NCBI GenBank assembly: GCA_963666565.1
Contig: OY762911.1
Span: 3,488,001 to 3,552,000, forward strand
Source of the DNA: Thermoanaerobaculia bacterium
GTDB taxonomy: Bacteria > Acidobacteriota > Thermoanaerobaculia > Multivoradales > Multivoraceae
DNA: 64,000 nucleotides
Direction of reading: 5' to 3'
The notes beneath the pieces were generated by a model that was not told the DNA's origin, did not search any database, and was given only the letters and a program-made list of their open reading frames with translations. The position numbers and the translations under genes are program-made. Below, one piece after another: positions 1 through 8,556 of the stretch. Within the stretch, counting starts at the first letter, position 1. Every line of letters begins with the position of its first letter.

Positions 1-1170
1 GATGATCAGCGAGCGGGCGTCGCCGACATTCGCCAGGTGCGAGAACAGCTCGCAGGTCTCGACGACCCTGACGCCCGCCTCGTAGCCGCCCCGGACGCCG
101 AACGTGAACACCGCGCCCGCGCCGTTCGGCAGGTACTTCGCCGCAAGCTCCCGGTAGGGACTGTCCGGCAGGCCGGCGTGGGAGACCCACTCGACCTTCG
201 GGTGCTCCGCCAGCCACTCGGCGACCGCCTGGGCGTTCCGGCAGTGGCGCTCCATGCGCAGGGCGAGGGTCTCCATCCCGAGCAACGTCAGGAAGGCGTT
301 CATCGGCGCCATCGAAGCGCCCAGGTCCCGCAGGCCGACCGCGTGCGAGTGGACCGTGAACGCGAGGTCGCCGAACGTCTCGCTGAACTTCAGGCCATGG
401 TAGGCGGGCTCCGGCGCCGAGAGGCCCGGGAAACGACCCGATGCCGTCCAGTCGAACCGGCCGCTGTCCACGACAGCGCCGCCGATCACGGTGCCGTTGC
501 CCGAGAGGAACTTCGTCGCCGAATGGACGATCAGGTCGGCGCCCCACTCGAAGGGCCGGCAGAGCCACGGCGTGGCGAGCGTGTTGTCGACGATCAGCAA
601 GGCGCCGGCGGCCCGCGTCAGCCCGGCCAGGGCCTCCAGGTCGGTGACCACGCCGCCCGGGTTCGCCAGACTCTCCACAAACAGCGCCTTGGCGCCCCGA
701 GCCAGCACCGCCTCCACCGCGGAGAGGTCCTCCGTGTCGACGAAGTCGCACCGCCAGTCGAACTTCGGGAACGTCCGGCTGAACTGGGTTACCGACCCGC
801 CGTAGAGCCGGTTCGACGCCGCGAACCGCTCGCCGGCCTCGATCAGCGGGAAGAACGCGAGGACCTGGGCGGCGTGCCCCGAGGCGGCGCAGGTTGCGCC
901 CCGACCGCCCTCCAGGTTGGCGATGCGCTCCTCCAGCGCGGCGACGGTGGGGTTCCCGAGCCGGGAGTAGATGAAGCCGAAGGTCTGGAGATTGAACAGG
1001 GACGCGGCGTGGTCCGCGTCGTGGAACGCGTACGCCGAGGTCTGGTGAATGGGCGTCTGGCGCGAGCCCGAAACCGGATCCGGGCCGGCGCCGGCGTGGA
1101 TCATCCGGGTCTCGAAGCCCCAGTCCGGGTTCGGGCCGTTCTCCTGCCCCTGCGTTTCGTCCGTGCTCAT
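1..1170 (-). CDS. metY: O-acetylhomoserine aminocarboxypropyltransferase/sulfhydrylase (partial, runs off left edge)
   Basis: Minus-strand reading from ATG 1170: GFETRMIHAG, PIHQTSAY, YSRLGNPT, ESLANP, HSATKFLSG (PLP lysine motif); not in ORF track because truncated. Confidence 0.85.
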   Translation of the reverse strand, partial: MSTDETQGQENGPNPDWGFETRMIHAGAGPDPVSGSRQTPIHQTSAYAFHDADHAASLFNLQTFGFIYSRLGNPTVAALEERIANLEGGRGATCAASGHAAQVLAFFPLIEAGERFAASNRLYGGSVTQFSRTFPKFDWRCDFVDTEDLSAVEAVLARGAKALFVESLANPGGVVTDLEALAGLTRAAGALLIVDNTLATPWLCRPFEWGADLIVHSATKFLSGNGTVIGGAVVDSGRFDWTASGRFPGLSAPEPAYHGLKFSETFGDLAFTVHSHAVGLRDLGASMAPMNAFLTLLGMETLALRMERHCRNAQAVAEWLAEHPKVEWVSHAGLPDSPYRELAAKYLPNGAGAVFTFGVRGGYEAGVRVVETCELFSHLANVGDARSLII

Positions 1171-1195
1171 TCCGTCTCCCTAATGCGGGCGGCGC

Positions 1196-1720
1196 TCATG
1201 CGCCGCCGCGGTCAAGCGGCGCCCGACGGCGCCAGCGGCTGCTGATCACGCCGCTGTCGACGCCGCCCCAGCCCAGTTCGCCCGACAGCCGGCCGTACTC
1301 GATCTTCGGGCAACGGTCCATGATCACCGTGAGCCCGGCGGCCTCCGCCTCGGCGGCCGCCTCGTCGTTGCGCACGCCGAGCTGCATCCAGATCACCTGG
1401 ATTCCCTTCTCCTCGCGCAGCCGAATCGCCTCCCTGGTCGTCTCCAGGGCCGCGTCCGAGCCCCGAAAGACGTCGACCATCTCGACCGGCGCGGGAACCT
1501 CGGCCAGCGACGCGCAGGCCGGCTCGCCCAGGATGGGCGTCCCCGCCGCCGCGGCCCGGGGGTTCACCGGGACCACGCGGTAGCCCTTCTGCTGCAGGTA
1601 CTTCATCGCGAAGTTCGACGGCCGCTTCCAGTTCGGCGACGCGCCGACCATGGCGATCGTCCGCACGCGGCGGAGGATGCCGGCAATCAGGGCATCGCTG
1701 TAGCGGAGGGGCGCGGGCAC
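1196..1720 (-). CDS. CoA-binding protein (YccU-like)
   Basis: IAMVGAS, PVNP, VDVFR, IWMQLG, MDRCPKIE motifs. Confidence 0.9.
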   Translation of the reverse strand: MPAPLRYSDALIAGILRRVRTIAMVGASPNWKRPSNFAMKYLQQKGYRVVPVNPRAAAAGTPILGEPACASLAEVPAPVEMVDVFRGSDAALETTREAIRLREEKGIQVIWMQLGVRNDEAAAEAEAAGLTVIMDRCPKIEYGRLSGELGWGGVDSGVISSRWRRRAPLDRGGA

Positions 1721-1802
1721 GGGGCGGATACTAACGTCGGCGCGCCCGGAAAGGGGGTGCCTCGCATCCCCCGTTCGGCGTCATCGGTTGTAGTCTAGGA
1801 CC

Positions 1803-2816
1803 ATGGCTGGAGGTGCCGCTCAACCCGCTCTCGCGCCGCTCCATGAGCGCTCCGTCTCCGCGAGAGGCGCCGCCGGATCGGCCGCGCCTCGGCTCGACGC
1901 CGAGGGCCGGCCGCTCGACGTAGCTGACTTCCCCGGCTGCAAAACGGTCCAGATTCCACGGGAGAAGATCGAGGACCACGACGGCCGGGTCGAGTACTGG
2001 GACAGCCGGACGGAGACAGCGATGGTGGTCTGCGAGACGACTCTGTTCCACGAACGGCCATCGCAACGCCTGGCGCGGCTGGCCGAACGCATCGCCGCTT
2101 CGAGCGGGTCGCTGATCGAGACGTTCGGGACGACCGACCTGGTCCGCTTCTTCGCCGGCGGCACGACGAAGGTGCTCATGCAGGCGGACCAGATCGTCTA
2201 CGTCAACCCCCGGCCCGAGGTCGGCATGACGCCGAGGGTCGACGTCGACGGAGTCGATCTGCCGGATGTAGTCCTGGAGGTCGACTACTCCACCGATGCG
2301 CGGCGCGGCAAGCTGCCGCGCTACGAGGCCTGGGGCTTCCCGGAGCTCTGGATCGACGTACCCGACGAGCGGGCAGCGAGCCGACCGAAGTCGCGCCGTT
2401 CGGGGCTTGCGATCCACGTACTCGAGGACGGCCGCTTCAGGCTCGCGGCGAGCAGCCGGGCCTTTCCCGGCTGGACGGCGGAGGAGATCCACCGCTCCCT
2501 CAACGAGCATCCGCCCAGCGAGGAGACGTTCGCCGTGCTCCGGCGGGTAGGCCGCGCCCTGGGCACACAGGAAGGGACCGGCCCCGACGACGATCCGTGG
2601 TTGCGGTACGAGCGCGGCGAGAGTCGGGCGGAAGGCCGAGCGGAAGGCGTGGTCGCCGGCGTCGCGGCCGTGCTCGAGAGCCGCGGCATCCGGGTCGGTC
2701 CCGACCTCGCGGCGCGACTCGCGACGTCTGCCGGCGGCAAGCCGCCGGCCGAACTCGTGCGGGTGGCGCAGAACTGCGTCAGCGCCGACGATCTCCTGAA
2801 GCGCCTGCGGGACTGA
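1803..2816 (+). CDS. Uma2/DUF820-family PD-(D/E)XK endonuclease-like protein
   Basis: PDVVLEVDYS...KLPRYEAWGFPELW core; C-terminal EGRAEG helical tail. Confidence 0.75.
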   Translation: MAGGAAQPALAPLHERSVSARGAAGSAAPRLDAEGRPLDVADFPGCKTVQIPREKIEDHDGRVEYWDSRTETAMVVCETTLFHERPSQRLARLAERIAASSGSLIETFGTTDLVRFFAGGTTKVLMQADQIVYVNPRPEVGMTPRVDVDGVDLPDVVLEVDYSTDARRGKLPRYEAWGFPELWIDVPDERAASRPKSRRSGLAIHVLEDGRFRLAASSRAFPGWTAEEIHRSLNEHPPSEETFAVLRRVGRALGTQEGTGPDDDPWLRYERGESRAEGRAEGVVAGVAAVLESRGIRVGPDLAARLATSAGGKPPAELVRVAQNCVSADDLLKRLRD

Positions 2817-2896
2817 CCGGCCACAGGCCGCTGGCCGTGGAGCGCGAACCGCGGAGGACGCGTCCGGGATGCCCGGGACCCCTCGGGCGCCGCGGC

Positions 2897-4063
2897 CTAC
2901 CGCGGCGGATGCCGGGCCAGCGCCTCCTCGTCCGGCTCCGTGCCCCAGCCCGGCGTCTCCGGGACGATCAGGCAGCCGTCCTCGAACTCCGGCTCGACCG
3001 TGAAGATCTCGCCGTCCCAAGGCAGCCGGTCGATGTCCGTCTCCATGATCCGCAGGTTGGGCACGGCCGCGCTCATGTGGGCGTTCATCATCGTCGCGAG
3101 GTGGCCGTAGTAGTTGTGCGGCGCCACGTTCACCTCGTGGGCGTTGGCCAGGGCGGCGATCTTCAGCGACTGCCAGACGCCGTTCCACACCGCGTCGATG
3201 ATCGCCACGTCCACCGCCTGGTTGCGCAGAAACGGCAGGAAGGCGGCGGGCGTGATCAGGGTTTCGCAGGAGCTGATCGGGTGCTGGCTGCACCGCCGTA
3301 CGGTCGCCAGGCCTTCCGGCGACGGCGTGTCGATCTCGATCCAGAAGAGATCCAGGTCGGCGAGCGCCCGAACGATCCGGCAGTAGCCCTCGATCTTCGC
3401 GTTGAAGTTCAGGTCGAGCAGGATGTCCATGTCCTCGCCGGCGCCCTCGCGCAGCGCTTCGAGGTGGCGCCGGAGCTCCCGGATCGTCCGGCGTTCCACG
3501 TTCTGGCCCGGCTCGAACGGCCGGCCGAAGCCGGGCGCCCAGCCACGCGGTGCGCCGCTCGAGTAATCGAAGACGTTCGTCTTGAGCGCCTTGAAGCCCC
3601 GTTCGCGGACCTCCGCGCCGAGGGCGATCACGCCATCGATGTCCGTAATCGCGTTCCCGTAGTACTGGGGCAGCCCGATCCGCCAGGTCCCGCAGTGCGA
3701 CCAGTACACCGGCACTCGGTCCCGCACCCGGCCGCCGAGCAGGTCGCAGCAGGGGACGCCCAGCGACTTCGCCCATGCGTCGAGCACCGCATTCTCGATC
3801 GCTCCGATCCCCATCGCCATGACGCCGGACATCGACTGGCGGGCCCGGACCAGGAGCCGCTGATGGATCCGCTCCACGTCCCGGACCCGTTCGCCCACGA
3901 CCCGCTCCGCCAGCCGCTCGATCACGGTGGTCACGCCGACGGCGCCCTGGTGCTCGTCGTACTCGCTCCAGCCGACGATGCCGTCCTCGGTCACGAGCCG
4001 GACGAAGTGGTAGTTCCGCCAACCCGCGTCGCAGTGGCGGGTCTCGATGCGGGCGATCTTCAT
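2897..4063 (-). CDS. Mandelate racemase/muconate lactonizing enzyme family protein (enolase superfamily)
   Basis: MKIARIET start, ENAVLDAWAK, KALKTN, LLDLN, WIEID, APHNY. Confidence 0.88.
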   Translation of the reverse strand: MKIARIETRHCDAGWRNYHFVRLVTEDGIVGWSEYDEHQGAVGVTTVIERLAERVVGERVRDVERIHQRLLVRARQSMSGVMAMGIGAIENAVLDAWAKSLGVPCCDLLGGRVRDRVPVYWSHCGTWRIGLPQYYGNAITDIDGVIALGAEVRERGFKALKTNVFDYSSGAPRGWAPGFGRPFEPGQNVERRTIRELRRHLEALREGAGEDMDILLDLNFNAKIEGYCRIVRALADLDLFWIEIDTPSPEGLATVRRCSQHPISSCETLITPAAFLPFLRNQAVDVAIIDAVWNGVWQSLKIAALANAHEVNVAPHNYYGHLATMMNAHMSAAVPNLRIMETDIDRLPWDGEIFTVEPEFEDGCLIVPETPGWGTEPDEEALARHPPR

Positions 4064-4151
4064 GGGGCGTTCCTCCAGCGGGCGGAGCTTCCGGGCAGGC
4101 CGGCGTCGCGGCGCCCGGTCTCGATGTGGGCCCCGTTCACGGGGCGTTCCT
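4041..4151. repeat. Diverged direct repeat (77-bp period) duplicating a gene junction
   Basis: gtctcgatgcgggcgatcttcatggggcgttcct (4041) vs gtctcgatgtgggccccgttcacggggcgttcct (4118). Confidence 0.75.
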
Positions 4152-5330
4152 TTCCCGGCCATCGCGTGGGCTCTCGGCCAGCCAGTCGCCGACCACCTGC
4201 TCCGTGTCCTGCCCCAGGGGAGGGTTCGGCCGGAGCGGCCCGGACGGCCGTCCGTCGAAGCGAACCGGACTGGTCGGCAGTCCGATCTCGCCCAGTACCG
4301 GATGGTCGACCGTCTCGAAGAAGCCGCGCTCGCGGAGATGCGGGTCGGAGTCGACCTCGGCCAGGTCGCGGACCGGCGCGCATGGGACGCGGTACGAACG
4401 CGCCGCCTCGTCGATCTCCGCGCGGGTGCGACCCGCGGTCCACTCCGCGACCAGCGCTTCCGTCTCGTCCCGATGGGCGACGCGGGCTTCGTTGCTCCGG
4501 AAACGGGGATCGGAGATCAGGTCCTCCCGCCCCATCGCCCGCAGCAGGTTCCGCCAGTGGCGCTCGGTGATGCAGATGACGGCAACGTGGCCGTCACTGC
4601 AGGGATACACGCTGTAGGGCGAGACCCGGCCGTGCCGGTTGCCGGCCCGTCCGGGGAGCCTCCCGTCGTGGTGCATCAGGCCGAGCTGCGAGAGCAGGGT
4701 CGGATAGGCCGCCTCCTGCATCGCCACCTCCACGAGCCGGCCGGTCCCCGTCCGCTCCCGTTCGTAGAGCGCACCGACGACGCCTGCGTACAGGTGCGTT
4801 CCGCCCAGGAAGTCGATGAACGCCGGTCCCGCCTTGAGCGGATCGCCTCCTGCTTCGCCGGTGATGCTCATCACACCCGCCCAGGCCTGCACCGTGATGT
4901 CCATGCCCAGCCGCTCGGAGTCCGGGCCGCTCAGGCCGTAGGCGGTGCCCGAGGCGTAGATGAGCCTCGGGTTCAGTTCGCGGAGCGCCTTCCAGCCGAC
5001 GCCCAGACGGTCCATCACGCCCGGCGCGAAGTTCTCGATCAGCACGTCGGCGACGCCGGCCAGCCCACGCAGCAGGTCCCGCCCCTCCTCGTCCTTCAGG
5101 TCGCAGACGACGGACCGCTTGTTCGTGTTCAGGAACGCGAGCGGAAACGACGGCGGCGCGCCGCGGGCCTCACGGCGCCGGAGCGGCTCTCCGAGCGGCG
5201 GCTCGACCTTCACCACGTCCGCCCCGGCCTGGGCGAGCAGAAAGCCGGCGTACGGGCCCTGGTAGACCTGCCCGAGGTCGAGGACGCGCACCCCGGCAAG
5301 GGGTCGCGGCGCCTCGCCTGGAGAGGTCAA
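4137..5330 (-). CDS. CoA transferase family III (CaiB/BaiF)
   Basis: PLAGVRVLDLGQVYQGP, GADVVKVEPP, NTNKRS, ENFAPG; TTG start at 5330 inferred. Confidence 0.9.
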   Translation of the reverse strand: MTSPGEAPRPLAGVRVLDLGQVYQGPYAGFLLAQAGADVVKVEPPLGEPLRRREARGAPPSFPLAFLNTNKRSVVCDLKDEEGRDLLRGLAGVADVLIENFAPGVMDRLGVGWKALRELNPRLIYASGTAYGLSGPDSERLGMDITVQAWAGVMSITGEAGGDPLKAGPAFIDFLGGTHLYAGVVGALYERERTGTGRLVEVAMQEAAYPTLLSQLGLMHHDGRLPGRAGNRHGRVSPYSVYPCSDGHVAVICITERHWRNLLRAMGREDLISDPRFRSNEARVAHRDETEALVAEWTAGRTRAEIDEAARSYRVPCAPVRDLAEVDSDPHLRERGFFETVDHPVLGEIGLPTSPVRFDGRPSGPLRPNPPLGQDTEQVVGDWLAESPRDGRERNAP

Positions 5331-5455
5331 TGGAACGAACCTCCGATGACGTCGCGGGCGACAACGAGTCGCTGGCATCCGGCTCGCGGCCCTTCGCCGG
5401 GCGAATTCAATGGAACGAACCCCCGATGACGTCGCGGGCCACGATGAGTCGCTGG
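5304..5455. repeat. Diverged tandem repeat (80-bp period) duplicating a stop/start junction
   Basis: tcaatggaacgaacctccgatgacgtcgcgggcgacaacgagtcgctgg (5327) vs tcaatggaacgaacccccgatgacgtcgcgggccacgatgagtcgctgg (5407). Confidence 0.9.
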
Positions 5456-6573
5456 ATCTCGTTCGGCCCCTCGCCCACGCGCCGGATGCGGAGTTCGCGG
5501 TACCAGCGTTCCAGCGGCAGGTCCTTCGTCATCCCGTAGCCGCCGTGGATCTGCATCGCCCGGTCGACGACGCGGCTGGCGCCCTCGCTCGCCACCAGCT
5601 TGCAGATCGCTGCCTCGGTGCGAAACGGCTTGCCGGCATCGGCGCGGGCCGCGGCCTCCAGGGTCAGCGCCCGGGCCGTGCGCAGGTCGATCTCGTTGTC
5701 GACGATCATCCACTGCACCGCCTGGCGGGTCGAGAGGTAGTCGCCGAAGGTCTTGCGCGTCTTGGCGTAGGCGATCGCCATCTCCTGGGCCTTGAGCGCG
5801 ACGCCGACGCAGCCGGCCGCGTACGGGATCCGGTTGCGGCTCAGACGGTCGTTGGCGATGGCGAAACCCTGGTTCACCTCGCCGAGCACGTTGCGGCCGG
5901 GCACCCGCACCCGGTTGAACTCGAGCTCCGCGGCGTAGTGCGTGGAACGCAGGGTGTGAACGATGCGCCGCACCCGGAAGCCGGGCATGTCCGTGTCGAC
6001 CAGGAAGCAGGTGATCCCCTTGCGGCCCAGTTCCGGGTCGGTGCGTGCGAAGACGATGCCGAAGTCCGCCTTGTCGGCGCCGCTGATGAACGTCTTCTCG
6101 CCGTCAAGGATCCAGTCGTCGCCGTCGCGGACCGCCGTGGTGCGAATGGCGCGAGCCGGGTCGCTGCCGCCGGAGGGCTCGGTGAGAGCGAAGAAGCCGC
6201 GCTTCTCGCCCCGCAGGACCGGATGGAGGTAGCGCTCCTTCTGGTCGTCGTCCGCCTCGTACAACTGGGCCAGGCCGGCGCCGCCGAATACGCCGTAGCA
6301 GGGCGCGTAGAGGCCAGCCCGGTGCTGGGCCATCTCGAACGCCATCAACGTCCTGGTGACGAGGTCGATGCCCGGACCGCCGTACTCCTCCGGAATGTCG
6401 AGTCCGTAGAAGCCGAGTTCCTTCGTCATCGCGACCAGGCGTTCGCGGTGATGCGCCGGCAGTTCGCTAGCGTCCGGGTCGAGGTCCGCCTCCAGAGGCA
6501 GAATCTCCTCGCGCACGAAGCGGCGCACGGTCTCCAGGATCAGCTTCTGTTCGGGACTGGGTTCGAAGTCCAT
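5407..6573 (-). CDS. Acyl-CoA dehydrogenase
   Basis: FALTEPSGGSD, GEKTFIS, QIHGGYG, EGPNEIQR. Confidence 0.92.
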   Translation of the reverse strand: MDFEPSPEQKLILETVRRFVREEILPLEADLDPDASELPAHHRERLVAMTKELGFYGLDIPEEYGGPGIDLVTRTLMAFEMAQHRAGLYAPCYGVFGGAGLAQLYEADDDQKERYLHPVLRGEKRGFFALTEPSGGSDPARAIRTTAVRDGDDWILDGEKTFISGADKADFGIVFARTDPELGRKGITCFLVDTDMPGFRVRRIVHTLRSTHYAAELEFNRVRVPGRNVLGEVNQGFAIANDRLSRNRIPYAAGCVGVALKAQEMAIAYAKTRKTFGDYLSTRQAVQWMIVDNEIDLRTARALTLEAAARADAGKPFRTEAAICKLVASEGASRVVDRAMQIHGGYGMTKDLPLERWYRELRIRRVGEGPNEIQRLIVARDVIGGSFH

Positions 6574-6577
6574 CGGC

Positions 6578-6925
6578 TCAGCTCCCCGCGGCGGCGATCC
6601 GGCCGACGCGCCGGCCGCCCCGGTTCTCCGCATTGGCGGCCGGTAGTTCTCCATGGTCGGCGACGTACACCGCAAGCAGCTCCTCGAAGCGGCTCCAGTA
6701 CTGCATCGTCACCTCGTAGCGGAAGCGCGCCGCTCGCTCGTGCTTCGCCGCCGCCTCGGCGATCGCGCTCCGCAGCCCGAAGCGCGACCGGCCGCCGGCA
6801 AAGCCGAGTTCCAGCGTGCCGCCTTGGGCGTCTCCGATCTCGTAGACGCCCAACTGGCCGGGCAGTGCGGCGATCGCCGCCTCGTCCAGGTCCAGCCAGG
6901 GCTTGGTCAGCCGAAGGCCGCTCAT
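6578..6925 (-). CDS. Hypothetical 115-aa protein, possible GIY-YIG-like fold
   Basis: LPGQLGVYEI...LGFAGG...LRS pattern; coding-like codon use; 4 nt upstream of the acyl-CoA dehydrogenase. Confidence 0.6.
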   Translation of the reverse strand: MSGLRLTKPWLDLDEAAIAALPGQLGVYEIGDAQGGTLELGFAGGRSRFGLRSAIAEAAAKHERAARFRYEVTMQYWSRFEELLAVYVADHGELPAANAENRGGRRVGRIAAAGS

Positions 6926-6956
6926 GCCGTTGGCGTGGAACTGAACGGCCAAGCGG

Positions 6957-7095
6957 AACCGGCCTCGCGACCGGCGTGTCCTCCTGGCCGCCTTCGGCGG
7001 CAGCGGGTCGGGCACCCGGGTGGCGCGTTCCGCGCCACCCGTGAACCGGTCCGTGCGACCGCCGTAGGGCGCACGGATGGCAGACCCGCGCACCC
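6957..7095. repeat. Composite REP-like palindromic element, long form (copy A)
   Basis: gccgccttcggcggc hairpin, then gcgggtc...gacccgcgcaccc stem enclosing two hairpins; homologous to 9794-9934. Confidence 0.75.
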
Positions 7096-7187
7096 GGCAG
7101 GCGCCCGGCTCGCCGCGCGCCAGCGCCCCGATTCCGCAGCGTCGACTCCGATGGGCATCGGCGGATCGTATCCCTTGCTGTGTCACA

Positions 7188-8483
7188 ATGCGCGCCGCTC
7201 TGTCTGACCAGCCCTCCCCTCCCGACGCCGGCGTTGCCGGCGCCACGACTTCCGGCGCCGCGGCCGACGCGGCATTGCTGGACGGGATCCGCGTCGTCGA
7301 ACTCGCCACGATCGTGATGGCGCCGTCCGCCTGCGCGATCCTCTCCGACTTCGGGGCCGAGGTGATCAAGATCGAGGCGCCCGGCAGGGGCGACATCTAC
7401 AGGTACTTCCAGGACCTGCCCGGGATGCCGGACTCGGAGATCCCCTACTGCTTCCTGCTCGACGACCGGAACAAGAAGAGCGTCGTGATCGACCTCAAGC
7501 GGGAGAGCGGCCAGGCCGTCGCGCACCGGCTGGTCGAGACGGCGGACGTCTTCCTGACGAACTGCCACAACTCCGTGCTCGAGGCTCTGGGCATGACCTG
7601 GGACCGGCTGCGGGAGCTCAACCCGCGGCTGATCTTCGCCCACGGCACCGGCTACGGCCACACCGGCCCCGAGGCCGAGAAGCCCGGCTACGACCAGGTC
7701 TGCTACTGGACCCGTTCCGGGCTCGTCGCGACGTTCACGCCGATCGACGGCCATCTCGGACCGCTCGGTTGCGGCACCGGCGACCATCCAACCGGCGTCA
7801 CGCTCTTCTCGGCGGTGCTCGCCGGTCTGCTGAAGCGGGAACGGACGGGCATCGGTTCGTACGTCACGACCTCGCTGCTCGCGGCCGGGGCATGGGCCAA
7901 TGCCTGCGCCATCCAGGCGAAGCTGGTCGGCGCGGAGTTCCACGAGAAGCGTCCCCGCGAACGCACGATGAACTTCGGTCAGCTCTACTACCGCACCCGC
8001 GACGACCGCCTGGTCAAGCTGAGCATCGTCGAACAGGATCGGGACTGGGAGCGCTTCTGCCTCGCTCTGGGCCGGGACGATCTGATCGACGACGAACGCT
8101 TCCGCACTACGCCGGAACGGATCGCGAACATGCCGGAGTTCGTCGCCCTGCTCGACGCGGAGTTCGCGCGGCGAGACTTCGAGGACTGGAGCGAGCGCTT
8201 CACTCGCCACGAGATTCCCTACAGCCTCGTCTCGAACCTCGACGACATCGTCGCCGACGAGCAGTTGGAGGCCATCGGCATGTTCCGCGACCTGGACCAC
8301 CCCCGGTACGGCCGCCTGCGCACCGTCGACAGCCCCGTGTTCATCGAGGGAGAGGACAAGGCGCAACCCCGACCGGCGCCGGAACTCGGCGAGCACACCG
8401 GCGATCTTCTGCGCGAACTCGGCCTCGACGCCTCGGAGATCGCCAGCCTGGCCGATCGGGGCGTCGTCTCGGGCCGGCTCTGA
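7188..8483 (+). CDS. CoA transferase family III (CaiB/BaiF)
   Basis: LLDGIRVVELA, GAEVIKIEAP, RNKKS, PELGEHT; start approximate. Confidence 0.9.
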   Translation: MRAALSDQPSPPDAGVAGATTSGAAADAALLDGIRVVELATIVMAPSACAILSDFGAEVIKIEAPGRGDIYRYFQDLPGMPDSEIPYCFLLDDRNKKSVVIDLKRESGQAVAHRLVETADVFLTNCHNSVLEALGMTWDRLRELNPRLIFAHGTGYGHTGPEAEKPGYDQVCYWTRSGLVATFTPIDGHLGPLGCGTGDHPTGVTLFSAVLAGLLKRERTGIGSYVTTSLLAAGAWANACAIQAKLVGAEFHEKRPRERTMNFGQLYYRTRDDRLVKLSIVEQDRDWERFCLALGRDDLIDDERFRTTPERIANMPEFVALLDAEFARRDFEDWSERFTRHEIPYSLVSNLDDIVADEQLEAIGMFRDLDHPRYGRLRTVDSPVFIEGEDKAQPRPAPELGEHTGDLLRELGLDASEIASLADRGVVSGRL

Positions 8484-8556
8484 ACCGTCCGGCGATCCCG
8501 CATACAATCCCCGCTCAGCCCCACCGCACACCGCACTGCCGCCCAGGAGACGCCCC

